This document shows, in pieces, positions 10,699 to 22,196 of a DNA stretch of 64,000 nucleotides. A program made the position numbers and the translations under genes. This stretch comes from an uncultured Methanoregulaceae archaeon (lineage in GTDB: Archaea > Halobacteriota > Methanomicrobia > Methanomicrobiales > Methanospirillaceae). The first letter of the stretch is position 1. Every line of letters begins with the position of its first letter. The notes beneath the pieces were generated by a model. The model had not been told where the DNA came from. It ran no database searches and worked only from the letters and a program-made list of their open reading frames with translations. The stretch covers positions 1,120,001 to 1,184,000 of the forward strand of contig CAVTTL010000001.1 of assembly GCA_963737635.1 (NCBI GenBank). Reading direction: 5' to 3'.

Positions 10699-12358
10699 CG
10701 ATCCCAAGTGTCTCAAGAGACTCTTGTAAGGTGTTCTGTACAGCTTTTACAAGCGTGAGCCGGCGATCCCTAATCTTTCCCTCGCTTTTCAGGACTGGCT
10801 CGTAGTGGTAGAACGTGTTGAACGTGTCGGCCAGTTCGTGAGCGTACGTAGCAAGCAGATGTGGACGGAGCTCAGCTACCACTTTCTCGATGACACCCGG
10901 GAATTTTGCGATCTTCTTTGCAAGCACGATCTCCTGCATGGTCTCAAGATCGTAGCACTCGGCAAAGGTGCCGGCCTTTTCGAGGATACTGCACGCCCGT
11001 GCGTGGGCGTACTGGATATAGGGGCCGCTCTGGCGCTCGAAGTCGAGAGCTTCCTTCCAGTCAAAGACTGTGCTTTTTTCAGGCGAGATCTTCACGATAT
11101 CATAGCGGATACCAGCCCGGGCGACGGATGCCGCAATGTTTCTGCGGGTGATTTCATCGAGTTCTGGCCGCCGTATGGTTACTTCATCGAAAGCGCGCTT
11201 CGTTACCTCGGTGATCAGGTCGTCTGCAGATACAAACTTGCCCGCCCGGGTGCTCATCGATCCCTCAGGAAGCGAAACGAACTCGAAATGGACAATCTCC
11301 GGGACTTTTTCGCCGAGCAGTTTCATGGTGCACTGGAGCTGTGCCCCAATCAGTTTGTGATCAGAGCCGAGAACATCGATGACCCGGTCGAAGTTCGCGC
11401 TCTTCCAGGTATGGAAAGCGAGGTCACGGGCTGCATAGACCGATGTTCCGTCGCTCCTCCTGATCACGTACTTATTGGTGAACCCGAACTCTGCGAGGTC
11501 GAGTGCTAGGAGGGCTTCCTCATGCCGGGCCTGCGGGAATTTTGCGATCTTTTCGATGACCCGCTTGGTGTCCCCGTTCCTGACAAAGTCGCTCTCCCAG
11601 ACGAACCTATCGTGCTTGACGTTGAGGTTCATCATCGTGACTGCAAAACCGTCAAGGCATCGGGAAACTTCCCTCCGGAACTTCCTTACGGTCTCCGGGT
11701 CCCCGGTTTCCACCAGTTGCATGAGGTTGTCGACCTGCTTTGTGATGTCGGGATCTTTTTCTATTTCCCGGTTGGCTGCGATGTAGATCCGGGCGATATG
11801 GGCATCCTCTTTTTCCCCCTCGTGTTGCGCATGTTCGAGGTGGTCGAAGCCCCAAACGACGATGGCGATCTGCCGGCCCATATCATTGACGTAGTACTGG
11901 ACTTCAAGCCTGAATCCGGCCTTCCTGAATGCCCGGGCAAGCGTGTCGCCGATAATAGAGTTCCGGATATGGCCCACATGAAGAGGGCCGTTGGGGTTCG
12001 CACTGGTATGCTCAAGCACGACCCGGGTCTCCTTTTTCGGGAGCGAGCCGTAGCCGGGTTGTGTTGCTGCTTTAAGTGCGTCACTGACATAGGCGCTGCC
12101 AAGAATGAAGTTGATGTACGGCCCTTTCGCCTCAACCGTGATGCCTCGGGCGACGAGATCTTTGTTGTCCGCAAGCGCTGCCGCGATATCCTGCGCAATT
12201 TTTACCGGCGCTTGCTTTCTTGTTTTCGCCAGGGAAAAGGCTACAGTCGATGCAAGGTCTGCGTGCTCCCCGCCATCCGTGAGCTGGATATCTGTCAAAC
12301 CTGTGCAATTGGCAAGTGCCTTTGCAATTACTGTCGTTGTGTCAAAAACCATCAGCAT
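10679..12358 (-). CDS. argS: Arginyl-tRNA synthetase
   Basis: EHTSANPNGPLHVGHIRN, MSTRAG, PYIQYAHARACSI. Confidence 0.97.
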   Translation of the reverse strand: MLMVFDTTTVIAKALANCTGLTDIQLTDGGEHADLASTVAFSLAKTRKQAPVKIAQDIAAALADNKDLVARGITVEAKGPYINFILGSAYVSDALKAATQPGYGSLPKKETRVVLEHTSANPNGPLHVGHIRNSIIGDTLARAFRKAGFRLEVQYYVNDMGRQIAIVVWGFDHLEHAQHEGEKEDAHIARIYIAANREIEKDPDITKQVDNLMQLVETGDPETVRKFRREVSRCLDGFAVTMMNLNVKHDRFVWESDFVRNGDTKRVIEKIAKFPQARHEEALLALDLAEFGFTNKYVIRRSDGTSVYAARDLAFHTWKSANFDRVIDVLGSDHKLIGAQLQCTMKLLGEKVPEIVHFEFVSLPEGSMSTRAGKFVSADDLITEVTKRAFDEVTIRRPELDEITRRNIAASVARAGIRYDIVKISPEKSTVFDWKEALDFERQSGPYIQYAHARACSILEKAGTFAECYDLETMQEIVLAKKIAKFPGVIEKVVAELRPHLLATYAHELADTFNTFYHYEPVLKSEGKIRDRRLTLVKAVQNTLQESLETLGIDAIRTM

Positions 12359-13623
12359 CCCGTCCTGTACCTGAGGATGGCAGCGATACCGCCAAATGCG
12401 GAATAGAGGATAGACCCCTCCTCAAAATCGTCTGAGATCAGCTCAACTTTTGCGCTGGAAAGATCGGCAAGTTTCGCGAGCTCGTCGATAATATCTATCT
12501 CTTCCTCAAGTACGAGGGGCGCGGTGCACTTCGGGCACGTGCCAAGTTCGATATCCCGGACAGTTGTTCCCACCGGCATACTCACCGTCCGCTCATCGGT
12601 ATAGTCACAGCTCTGGCACTTTATTTTGAGCCGTGACTTCCGGAGGTTCGAGGAGAGAAGGAGTATATCGACCGCGCCGACTTCAAGATTTTTCCGGATG
12701 CTCTCCTCCCCGTAGGCGGCGAGGCCGTTATCTTTCACCAGTTCTTTTAAGAACCGGTCCATGAAGGCTTTCTCTTTTACAACCTCCATGCCAGAGAGTG
12801 CGTCCTTTGCGGCATCGACGAGTTCAGGGAGTCCATCCTCATTGGTATACGCGACATCGAAGAGGCCGATGATCTTTTTCTGGACTTCATGGTGGAGGTA
12901 GTTCCCCGCCTCGAACTCCTCTTTTGTCGGGCTCGGCCCACCGATCAAAAGACCCTTGAACCGCTCGAAGAAGTTCTTCTCGGCCAGAAAGATCGCGCTG
13001 GAACGCTCACCGACTTTCGTGTAGAATTCATTGATCGCTATCTCACGGAGCCTGCCAAACCGGGCCGCCGATTGGCCACCTTTGCGCTGCTTACCGGGTA
13101 CCGTTGAGGTTGCACCACCGATTGCTTCGATCCGGTTGCCGCGCAGAAATCCCCAGTATGCCTCACGCCGGTCAATAACCAGAAGGCCGTAGACGTACTT
13201 CTCCTCGAGCATCTGCTTGAGGGGTTCGAGCTCGAACTTCGAGCTGCACCGATACATGTAAAGGTTGAGGGGCTCCGGGGGCTCGATAACGGTGCACTGG
13301 AGATCAGTGCGGTCACCGTAGAGCCTTACCGTACCGCAGAAGACTGCCATACCTTTCTCGGGCGGGCGCTTGTAGTACTTGAGTCGTGAGAGGATCGACG
13401 AGATGGCACTCTGGACGTTTGTTCTGGTCTGTTTGCTCTTGATGTTTGCGCACTGGCCAAACTCGTCCTTGAGCTGGCCTGTCACATCGTAGATCTGCTT
13501 GTCAGGGGGGATATAGAGCGTGATGAGCTCCGTTCCGTCCCCTTCCAGGGCCTCAAGTTTCTCGAGTGTTTTTTTGAACTCGTAGCGCTTGCGCGCTTCG
13601 TCCATCTCCACGGGTTCTGTCAT
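12352..13623 (-). CDS. prf1: Peptide chain release factor aRF1
   Basis: NIKS, Y.C and GGQS motifs. Confidence 0.97.
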   Translation of the reverse strand: MTEPVEMDEARKRYEFKKTLEKLEALEGDGTELITLYIPPDKQIYDVTGQLKDEFGQCANIKSKQTRTNVQSAISSILSRLKYYKRPPEKGMAVFCGTVRLYGDRTDLQCTVIEPPEPLNLYMYRCSSKFELEPLKQMLEEKYVYGLLVIDRREAYWGFLRGNRIEAIGGATSTVPGKQRKGGQSAARFGRLREIAINEFYTKVGERSSAIFLAEKNFFERFKGLLIGGPSPTKEEFEAGNYLHHEVQKKIIGLFDVAYTNEDGLPELVDAAKDALSGMEVVKEKAFMDRFLKELVKDNGLAAYGEESIRKNLEVGAVDILLLSSNLRKSRLKIKCQSCDYTDERTVSMPVGTTVRDIELGTCPKCTAPLVLEEEIDIIDELAKLADLSSAKVELISDDFEEGSILYSAFGGIAAILRYRTGC

Positions 13624-13661
13624 GAGCGAAATTCAGCCTCTGTAATAAAGCTAGTACCTAT

Positions 13662-14550
13662 TCACGTTTGTGTACCATAAATTTGCGCTAAGAGGGCCAT
13701 AAGCCGGTTGTCGACATCCGGGTTGATTCCATGGTCTCCGTCAAATTCGATGAACGTTTTTGGCTGGTTTGCCGTTACAAAGAGAGCCTGCCCTTCCGCA
13801 AACGGGATAATCGGATCGGTCGCGTTGTGGAACATCCAGACCGGGCGCGGGGAGATCGTCGGCAGGTAGGTACTTGGCTCAAGTGATGCGGCAAACCGGA
13901 GTACGTCCCCGGATCCTCCCTGTGCAAGCACTGCCTCTTTAATTCCCCAGTCCGCGGTGGAGATCCCGATATATCCGGCAAAGTTTTTGTCAACACCGGC
14001 TGCAACCGCCGCGTACCGGCCGCCGTTACTGCCCCCGACAGCGTAGACCGGGACGCCAAACCGTGAGGCAAGCATGGCGCGAGCCGAAGAAATATCGCAG
14101 ATAGTCAGGTAATATTCAGGCCATTCTTTGTTTTCGAACATTGCATAATCCGTATTCGGGTTGAACGGGTACCCTGCGGTTTCCCCGCCCCGGCCGCGGT
14201 AATCAAGGAACATAAAGGCATACCCGGCCGCGGCGTACTGGACCATCCGCTCCGTATGTCCCGTGATCTTCTCTCCGGCGCCGGGAGATACAGCAGCACG
14301 GCTTTTGGATCTTTCGGATAACTCAGGTACGTTACCACATCGCCCGTCTGAGTATTGAGGATAATTTTCGATTCGGTATAGGTTTCATTTGAAAAAATTA
14401 CAGTTTCATTAGGGATAACCGGTGCGCACGTGACCGAAAGTATGCCATTACTATTTACTGAGTACGAAGGTGTTGTGGAATTTGTGCATCCTGCACAAAA
14501 TGCGAGCACAATTAGACAAGCAAGGCCAGCAGCGATAAAAAAGCTCTCAT
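13662..14550 (-). CDS. Exported alpha/beta hydrolase lipoprotein; two apparent 1-nt deletions (~14540, ~14284)
   Basis: AGC lipobox-like signal, PGAG, DYRGRGG, GGSNGG nucleophile elbow, D and H catalytic residues. Confidence 0.7.
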
Positions 14551-14552
14551 GC

Positions 14553-15050
14553 TTATTTCTCCCTGCATCGCTGGATCAGGCAGATCGTCTTTGCATCACA
14601 GATAGTACCGTCTGCAACCATCGCGTCCATCTCTTCTCTGGTAACATTAATCACTTCGATCACTTCGTCAGCGTCTTTTTCAAATTCATGAGAGGGTGAG
14701 AGGTCTCTGGCCTCAAAGAGCCAAATCTTTTCATCGGTATAGCCAGGCGTTGTAAAGATAAAGCCCCGTGGGATGATGGTCCCTGCCGCAACGCCGGCTT
14801 CCTCGATGAGCTCCCGGTGAGCGGTCGCAAGTGGATTCTCCCCGTCTTCCATTGTCCCGGCTGGGGCCTCATATATGTACTGGCCGATTGCGTACCGGTA
14901 CTGGCGCAGAAGCTTGTACCCGTCCGGTGTGACCGGCAGGATCGCGACTGCGCTGCCAGGGTGCACAGTTACCTTCTCGGCCTCAACACCATTTGGGAAC
15001 CGCACATTCGACTTTTCGATCCACAGGCGCCTGCCGCGGAAGATCTCCAT
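14553..15050 (-). CDS. NUDIX hydrolase (ADP-ribose pyrophosphatase-like)
   Basis: RQYRY..EAPAGTMEDGE..TAHRELIEEAG Nudix box. Confidence 0.9.
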   Translation of the reverse strand: MEIFRGRRLWIEKSNVRFPNGVEAEKVTVHPGSAVAILPVTPDGYKLLRQYRYAIGQYIYEAPAGTMEDGENPLATAHRELIEEAGVAAGTIIPRGFIFTTPGYTDEKIWLFEARDLSPSHEFEKDADEVIEVINVTREEMDAMVADGTICDAKTICLIQRCREK

Positions 15051-15721
15051 CAATCGGCCTCGTAATGGATTGGATCGGTCATGCCGAGCGCTGAGAATGC
15101 CGCGCGCCGGAAATGGCAGGAGCCGCAGGTCCCGCAAGCTCTCTCCTCATTCTGGTAGCACGACCACGTGTATTCGTACGGGATGTAAAGTTCTTTTCCC
15201 AACTTGAGGATGTCTGTCTTGGTCATGTGGATGAACGGGGTGAAAAGTTCAATGCGCGTTGTCTCCCTTGTCCCGAGCTCGATTACCCGCCGGAAAGCGT
15301 CGATAAATGCTGGCCGGCAGTCAGGGTACCCGGAATAATCGAGAGCCTGCACACCGATGAAAATCGCGTCCGCTTCGCGAGCCTCAGCAAAACTGGTGGC
15401 AATGGCAAGGAGGTTTGCGTTCCGGAACGGGACATAGGTGTTGGGTACATTTGTCCGGGCCGAGTCGAACCGATCGACCGGGATCGTCGCTTCGGTAAGG
15501 CTGCTTGCGCCGAACTGCCCGAAATATCGGAGATCGATCTCGACATAGTCCTTTCTACCAAGCAGCGCTGCGATCTTTTGTGCGCAGGCCCGTTCTTTTC
15601 TCTCGGTGCGCTGGCCGTAGTTAGCATGAAGAGCGAGAATATCGTAGCCTTTGCTCTTTGCATAATACGCAAGGGTCGTTGAATCCATGCCTCCCGAGAG
15701 AAGACAGACCGCTTTCATCAT
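15050..15721 (-). CDS. queC: 7-cyano-7-deazaguanine synthase
   Basis: SGGMDS, YVPFRN, GYPDCR, SCY..CGTCGSC. Confidence 0.96.
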   Translation of the reverse strand: MMKAVCLLSGGMDSTTLAYYAKSKGYDILALHANYGQRTERKERACAQKIAALLGRKDYVEIDLRYFGQFGASSLTEATIPVDRFDSARTNVPNTYVPFRNANLLAIATSFAEAREADAIFIGVQALDYSGYPDCRPAFIDAFRRVIELGTRETTRIELFTPFIHMTKTDILKLGKELYIPYEYTWSCYQNEERACGTCGSCHFRRAAFSALGMTDPIHYEAD

Positions 15722-16326
15722 TTTACACCTATAATCTTATGGAGCTGGAGTTGAAACCGGACCTGCAGGCCATTTTCGAGTATATACCTGATAATTGGCT
15801 GGTAATCTGCACCCTCGACCGGGGAAAAGAAGATCTCCCCGGCAATCGGATAGCGCTCCATTACGTCCTTTGCATACCGGCAGTCCTCCTCATCCATGAC
15901 CACGAACTTCACGCTGTCTTTTGGCCGGATGGCTGCAAGGAGCGCGAGATCGCTTATCTCACCTGACGAGGGACATTTGACATCCATGCAGATGGAGGCG
16001 TACGGCTGCAGATCCGTAAAGGCGATCGTACCATTGGTCTCGATTTCGATCGCTGTCCCGCGCTTGTGCATTGAGGAAAGAATACCTAAAAGGGCCACTT
16101 TCTGGAGCAATGGTTCGCCGCCGGTGATACAGACTAGGTGCGGATTCTTTCGCCAGCACTGTTCGAGCACTTCTTTACAGTCCATATCAGTTCCACCCTG
16201 CTGCGCGTATACTGTGTCGCACCAGCGGCATGAAAGATTGCATCCCGCAAGCCGGATAAAAAGACAGCGCCTGCCCTGATTGTGTCCCTCACCCTGGAGG
16301 CTTTCAAAAATTTCTGCGATCTTCAT
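15718..16326 (-). CDS. queE: 7-carboxy-7-deazaguanine synthase (radical SAM)
   Basis: [33 protein letters not shown]. Confidence 0.95.
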   Translation of the reverse strand: MKIAEIFESLQGEGHNQGRRCLFIRLAGCNLSCRWCDTVYAQQGGTDMDCKEVLEQCWRKNPHLVCITGGEPLLQKVALLGILSSMHKRGTAIEIETNGTIAFTDLQPYASICMDVKCPSSGEISDLALLAAIRPKDSVKFVVMDEEDCRYAKDVMERYPIAGEIFFSPVEGADYQPIIRYILENGLQVRFQLQLHKIIGVK

Positions 16327-16727
16327 TCTGCGATCTCTGCATAACAATTCGGCGATTCCCAGACCCGGATTTTTATTACATGCGCTTCGATGTCTTGGGC
16401 GTGACAGATGCCATCAAGATCTTCCTTGAAAATCCTCGCGAGCAATTCGCTTGTTGGGTCACCCGGAGTTGTGAGTACGTGCTGGAACTTTTCGATACAG
16501 GCTGCCATGGGGTCGTCGCGATTAAGAATAATCTGGTGGTCGTACTTCCCGATAGCCTGCTTGATGATATTATAATCGAGCAGGATACCGGTCGTCGCGT
16601 CAGGTTCGCCTTCTATCCAGACTTCGACCTTCCAGCGGTGGCCATGGAGGTTTGCACATTTCCCTTTGTAATGGAGGAGCCGGTGGCTGGCATCGATCTG
16701 GACTTCCTTGTAAATCGCGACGGTCAT
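16323..16727 (-). CDS. queD: 6-carboxytetrahydropterin synthase
   Basis: ASHRL..KCANLHGH, PTSE..WES. Confidence 0.93.
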   Translation of the reverse strand: MTVAIYKEVQIDASHRLLHYKGKCANLHGHRWKVEVWIEGEPDATTGILLDYNIIKQAIGKYDHQIILNRDDPMAACIEKFQHVLTTPGDPTSELLARIFKEDLDGICHAQDIEAHVIKIRVWESPNCYAEIAE

Positions 16728-16893
16728 TGCCCATAAGTTTGGCGTCGGGAGGATATAATATTATTATGAGTGAGGGATAATAGTGTAAGACAGGCAGGTG
16801 GATGCCACAATTTATAAATCGGTTCCCCGCTTTAGTATATATCTCAGTGTGGGGTATCGATAACCACAAAAACAACTGAAATGAGGCTCTTTA

Positions 16894-17322
16894 ATGGGAC
16901 AGGGTAAATTCGCAGCCAGAAAACTGGTTCGGGACTCAAAAAAATTCCGGTGGAGTGATAAGAACTACGCACGCCGCGAACTCAACCTCGATGTAAAGTC
17001 GGATCCGCTGGAAGGCGCTCCGCAGGCGAGGGGTATCGTGCTGGAGAAAGTCGGTGTTGAGGCAAAGCAGCCCAACTCGGCGATCCGGAAATGTGTGCGC
17101 GTCCAGCTCATCAAGAATGGTCGACAGGTCACCGCGTTTGCAGTCGGCGATGGTGCTATTAACTTCATCGATGAACACGATGAAGTTGAGATCGAGGGTA
17201 TCGGTGGCCGGCTGGGTCGATCTATGGGAGATATCCCTGGCGTCCGGTACGTCGTAACGAGCGTGAACAATGTCTGCCTCCATGAAATGGTCATTGGCAG
17301 GAAAGAGAAACCGCGCAGGTGA
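16894..17322 (+). CDS. rps12: 30S ribosomal protein S12 (uS12)
   Basis: [26 protein letters not shown]. Confidence 0.98.
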   Translation: MGQGKFAARKLVRDSKKFRWSDKNYARRELNLDVKSDPLEGAPQARGIVLEKVGVEAKQPNSAIRKCVRVQLIKNGRQVTAFAVGDGAINFIDEHDEVEIEGIGGRLGRSMGDIPGVRYVVTSVNNVCLHEMVIGRKEKPRR

Positions 17323-17324
17323 TT

Positions 17325-17930
17325 ATGATGGCAGAAGCAGAAGTAAAAACCGAAGCGAAGCCCGAAGCAAAGAAGCTGCTCTTCAATAAGTGGGATGTGT
17401 CCGAAGTCAAGGTGACTGACCCGAGCCTCGTCAGGTACGTGAACCTCACCCCTCAGATCATCCCCCACTCCTGTGGTAAATTCTCGCGCCAGGAGTTCAA
17501 TAAGGCCAATATGATGATTGTCGAGAGACTGATCAACAGCCTGATGCAGACCGAGAATAATACCGGCAAGAAGCAGCTGGCAATAAGGATCGTGCGGGAT
17601 GCATTCGAGATCATCAACAAGAAGACGAAAAGAAACCCTGTTGAAGTCCTTGTCGAAGCGATTGGCAACACCGGTCCCCGGGAAGAGACCGTCCGGTTGA
17701 AGTACGGTGGTATCAACGTACCCAAATCTGTAGACACTGCCCCTCTGCGCCGGGTGGATTCCGCTATCGGTTTCATCGCGGAGGCAGTCTGGAAGTCCTC
17801 GCGCAAGAACAAGAAGCCCGCGAGTGCAATCCTTGCCGACGAACTGATTGCTGCCTCAAAAGGAGACGCGAAATGTTACTCGGTTGGGAAAAAAGAAGAA
17901 AAGGAACGGATTGCAAAATCCGCCAGGTAA
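17325..17930 (+). CDS. rps7: 30S ribosomal protein S7 (uS7)
   Basis: IVERLIN, PREETVRLKYGG, KEEKERIAKSAR. Confidence 0.98.
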   Translation: MMAEAEVKTEAKPEAKKLLFNKWDVSEVKVTDPSLVRYVNLTPQIIPHSCGKFSRQEFNKANMMIVERLINSLMQTENNTGKKQLAIRIVRDAFEIINKKTKRNPVEVLVEAIGNTGPREETVRLKYGGINVPKSVDTAPLRRVDSAIGFIAEAVWKSSRKNKKPASAILADELIAASKGDAKCYSVGKKEEKERIAKSAR

Positions 17931-17954
17931 AACATCTTTTTTGAGGTCATTTTC

Positions 17955-20151
17955 ATGTCACGTGGCAAAAAAACGGTAGAGCGCGTAGTCGAGCTCATGA
18001 AGGATCCCAAGCACATCAGAAATATCGGTATCGTGGCGCACATCGACCATGGCAAGACCACCCTTTCCGATAACCTGCTTGCGGGTGCCGGTATAATTTC
18101 TGAGGAGCTTGCAGGCAAGCAGCTCTTTATGGATTCCGATGCAGAAGAGCAGGCCCGGGGTATTACCATTGATGCCTCTAACGTCTCGATGGTGCACGAG
18201 TATGAAGGTCAGGATTATCTGATCAATATGATCGATACGCCAGGCCACGTAGACTTCGGCGGTGATGTCACCCGTGCGATGCGTGCAGTCGATGGCGCTG
18301 TTGTGCTCGTTGATGCAGTCGAGGGCACGATGCCCCAGACTGAGACCGTGCTCCGGCAGGCATTAAAAGAGCAGGTCCGCCCGGTCCTCTTCATCAACAA
18401 GGTGGACCGGCTGAGTCAACGAGCTCAAGGTTGATGAGACCGAGATGCAGATCCGGCTGGGCAAAGTCATCGACAAGGTCAACAAGCTTATCAAGGGCAT
18501 GAACGAGGAGTCCTACAACAACGGCTGGAAACTCGACGCCGCGCAGGGCACAGTTGCCTTCGGATCAGCGCTCTACAACTGGGCCATCTCGGTGCCGTAC
18601 ATGAAAAAGAGCGGCGTCTCCTTCAAGGATGTCTACGAGAAGTGCCGCTCGGGCGACATGAAGTACCTCGCGAAGCACAGCCCGCTCTACGAAGTCGTGC
18701 TCGACATGGTCGTGCACCACCTGCCAAACCCGCTCGAGGCCCAACCCCGGCGTGTCAACGTGATTTGGCACGGCGACAAAACTACGAAGGAAGGCAAAGC
18801 GATGCTTGCCTGCGACCCGACAGGCCCCGTAGCGATGATGGTCACCGATATCTCGTTCGACCCCCACGCGGGCGAAGTCGCCACCGGCCGTCTCTTTTCG
18901 GGCAGCCTCAAGCGCGGCGACGGGCTCTATGTGATGGGTTCCGCGAAAAAAGAGAACCGGCTCCAGCAGGTCGGTATTTTCATGGGCCCGAAGCGTGTCG
19001 AGGTCGAGGAGATTGTCGCAGGAAACATTGCGGCAGTCACTGGTCTTCGGGATGCGATGGTCGGCTCCACGGTTACTTCACTTCAGGACATGTTCCCGTT
19101 CGAGTCGCTCAAGCACTACTCGGAACCGGTCATGACCGTTGCGGTCGAGGCAAAGAACATGAAGGATCTGCCCAAACTCGTTGAAGTGCTGCGGCAGGTG
19201 GCAAAGGAAGACCCGACGCTCGGTATCGCGATCAATGAGGAGACGGGCGAGCACCTGATCTCTGGTATGGGCGAACTGCATCTCGAGATTGTCACGGGCC
19301 GTATTAAGCGTGACAAGGGTGTAGAAATCGTCACTTCCGAGCCGATCGTCGTGTACCGTGAGACGGTCACGGGAAAGGTGGAGTCGGTCGAAGGCAAGTC
19401 CCCGAACCGGCACAACCGGTTCTACTTCGACCTTGAACCCCTTCCGGATGAGATCGTCAACCTGATTAAAGCCGGTGAAATCTCGATGAACCAGCAGGCC
19501 ATCGAACGCCGCGACGTGCTCCTGAAGGCCGGCATGGGCAAGGACGAGGCAAAGAACGTCAAGCATATCAAAGGCACGAACATGCTCATCGATATGACCA
19601 AAGGCGTCCAGTACCTCAACGAGACGATGGAACTGATCATCGAGGGTATCAGCGAGGCCCTTGCCGGTGGCCCGCTTGCCGATGAGCCGGTCCAGAACCT
19701 CAAGATGACACTGGTTGATGTCAAGCTGCACGAGGATGCGATTCACCGCGGTCCTGCCCAGGTCATCCCGGCGGTGCGTGGCGCGATTAAGGGCGGCATG
19801 CTCATAGCAGGCGACTCGTTATTGGAGCCTGTCCAGAAGATCCAGATCACCGTCCCGATGGATCAGATGGGTGCCGCGACCTCCCAGATCCAGGGCCGGC
19901 GCGGGCAGGTCTTTGACATGCAGAGCGAAGGAGACTCAATCACGGTCGTGGGCAAGGCTCCCGTTGCCGAACTCTTCGGGTTTGCCGGTGACATCCGGTC
20001 CGCGACTGAAGGTCGCGCGATGTGGAACACTGAGTTCTCGGGATTCGAACTGGTCCCCAACAACATGGTCAAGGAAGTTGTCATTGCAATTCGCAAGCGC
20101 AAGGGCTTAAAGGATCAGATGCCGACCCCGTCAGATTACCTCTCCGTGTAA
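17955..20151 (+). CDS. fusA: Elongation factor aEF-2; split by one extra base (G18415)
   Basis: [18 protein letters not shown], restored [16 protein letters not shown] diphthamide loop. Confidence 0.97.
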
Positions 20152-20159
20152 TTTTTTTT
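20152..20159 (+). terminator. Oligo-T archaeal terminator after fusA
   Basis: T8 immediately after the stop codon. Confidence 0.55.
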
Positions 20160-20449
20160 AAATCCAACCGTTTGGTGAATAGGGCGGGATATTTTTCGAT
20201 CTCAATCAGATCATCAGGTTAAAAACCAGACCTAGTCCATCGCCCGGCTTTTAAAATTAATTTTTTTATGTCCTGATAGCAATTGCCGGATAGATAATTC
20301 TTTGATTTTATTACATCTGGTTGATTTGAAAAATCCAGTGGTAAAAAATTATGAATTCCCATTGAAGAATACTACAGTATCGGATATTTTTTCTTTATTT
20401 GCGAATAGATAATTATACAAGACCAAATTATATATCCAAAAGGGTTGTT

Positions 20450-20809
20450 ATGAAAAAAAAGGTCCTCATTGTCGAAGATGATCAAGTAATCCAGCGGGTA
20501 CTCGAATGGCGCCTCATTTCATTTGGATATATGGTCTGCGGGAAGGCAACGACCGCTGAAGATGCTTTCTCAGAGGTGAAGACTACCGAGCCTGACGTTA
20601 TCCTTATGGATATCCATCTGAAGGGTCGTATCGACGGGATCGATGCAGCTCTTGCGATCAAAAAAATGTATCATCTCCCGGTTATCTTCCTTACTGCCCA
20701 TTCAACAGAATCTGAGCTTACACGGGCAAAGACGGTTCCACCGGATGGCTACATTCTTAAGCCTTTCAATGACACGGATTTGTGGGTTGCTTTGGAGCTC
20801 GGTACTTGA
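20450..20809 (+). CDS. Stand-alone response regulator receiver
   Basis: VEDD, LMDI, FLTA, KP motifs. Confidence 0.9.
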   Translation: MKKKVLIVEDDQVIQRVLEWRLISFGYMVCGKATTAEDAFSEVKTTEPDVILMDIHLKGRIDGIDAALAIKKMYHLPVIFLTAHSTESELTRAKTVPPDGYILKPFNDTDLWVALELGT

Positions 20810-20990
20810 AAATCGCGTTCAGAAATCATCAGATTTGATCGGATAACCTGAGCATTCTTTGAACCTCGGCTTGACGAATATCCCTGAAGTCTTTTCCGTA
20901 TCTTAAAAATCCTTTTTTGTGCCTTAAAAAATTGGTAGCCCAAAAAAAATTATGGGCTTGCTTCTGGACTTCAACCAGAATTCACAATCC

Positions 20991-22196
20991 TCATCCTTGA
21001 GATATGGAGCTCCCCTTTGCCACGTGTGTTGTCCAGATGAGAAGAATAGTCCCTGCTGCTGCAATCACAGCTGCAACGATAAATCCGGCGCTGTACCCGA
21101 CAAATGTCCAGATAAAGCCAATCATTACGCTCGACACAAGATCCCCGACACCGTTTACGGCTGCTAGTGCCCCATATCCAAGCCCACGTGACCCCTCTCC
21201 CACCATTTCCCCGGCAAGCGCCCCTTCCAGAGCGTCTTCTGCTGCGATAAACAATCCACACAGCCCAAACAGGATACCATAGGCAATAATGTTTGGTGGT
21301 GCAAGAACAAAGCCTATGAAACTCACCACTGCAATTGCATATCCTGCAATCAGGACTGACCTTCGGCCCACACGATCGCCCATCCAGCCAAGTGGGTAAG
21401 ACGCCGCTGCATAAACGATATTGCGGATCAGGTAAAGGCCCGCGCCAGCTGCAGTTGCCATTACAAAACCAAGCGAAGGAGTAAGGGCGACAATCACGAA
21501 GGCAATGAGCAGCGTCTGGGAAAAATCAGCAATCCCGAAGACCAATACCGCGCAAAGAAATGCCTTGAACCGCGACGGCAGGCCACGGAGTGAAGGAATT
21601 AGCTCGCGAGGACGATTCTGCGGAGTGTTTCCCCTCTCCTTTAAAAACAGCCATATTGCAATAAATGCCAGAAATCCCGGGATCACGGCAAACCAGAATA
21701 GTGTCCGGATCGCAACTGTTGAGACGAGCACGAGCGCGATCGCCGGTCCGGCAATCGCCCCCAGCGTATCGCCGGCACGATGAAATCCGAATGCCTTACC
21801 GAGGTCTTTTTTTTCGACAGAATTAGCGAGAATTGCGTCCCGGGATGGTGCCCGGATCCCTTTACCGATCCAACCGATAACCCTCCCTGCAAGTACCATA
21901 AACCAAGAAGCGGCGACGGCAATAAATGCAGGAAATATGGCGGTTGCCACAGAACCGGCGAGAGCAAACTCGCGACGCTTGTCAAATTTGTCGGCAAAGT
22001 ACCCCGAAAACAGTTTTACAAAACTAGATGCTCCGTCGCTTAATCCCTCGATAACACCGAGGGCATACACTGGAGCACCGAGGATAATCAAAAATGAGGG
22101 GAGCAGCACAGTGACGGTCTCGTAGCCGAGATCGCCAAAAAAACTCGCTAGGCCGGCACCGAGGACTGTGGAGTTCAACCATTGGGGCCATTTCAT
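20991..22196 (-). CDS. MFS transporter
   Basis: About 12 TMs; GYFADKFDKRR and GDRVGRR MFS loop motifs. Confidence 0.9.
   Translation of the reverse strand: MKWPQWLNSTVLGAGLASFFGDLGYETVTVLLPSFLIILGAPVYALGVIEGLSDGASSFVKLFSGYFADKFDKRREFALAGSVATAIFPAFIAVAASWFMVLAGRVIGWIGKGIRAPSRDAILANSVEKKDLGKAFGFHRAGDTLGAIAGPAIALVLVSTVAIRTLFWFAVIPGFLAFIAIWLFLKERGNTPQNRPRELIPSLRGLPSRFKAFLCAVLVFGIADFSQTLLIAFVIVALTPSLGFVMATAAGAGLYLIRNIVYAAASYPLGWMGDRVGRRSVLIAGYAIAVVSFIGFVLAPPNIIAYGILFGLCGLFIAAEDALEGALAGEMVGEGSRGLGYGALAAVNGVGDLVSSVMIGFIWTFVGYSAGFIVAAVIAAAGTILLIWTTHVAKGSSISQG

Noticed and set aside
8233-12406. Long antisense ORFs (e.g. 8233-8937, 10805-11509, 11522-12406; also 44320-45351, 61388-62275)
   Set aside because: Shadows of real genes on the opposite strand with no recognisable motifs
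15050-16727. queDEC as part of a 7-deazaguanine DNA-modification (dpd) system
   Set aside because: No dpdA/tgt-like gene; housekeeping context fits archaeosine precursor synthesis
17955-20151. Programmed frameshift or pseudogenisation of fusA (and likewise sepS)
   Set aside because: No slippery site; a single extra G restores conserved sequence; the same signature recurs across the window
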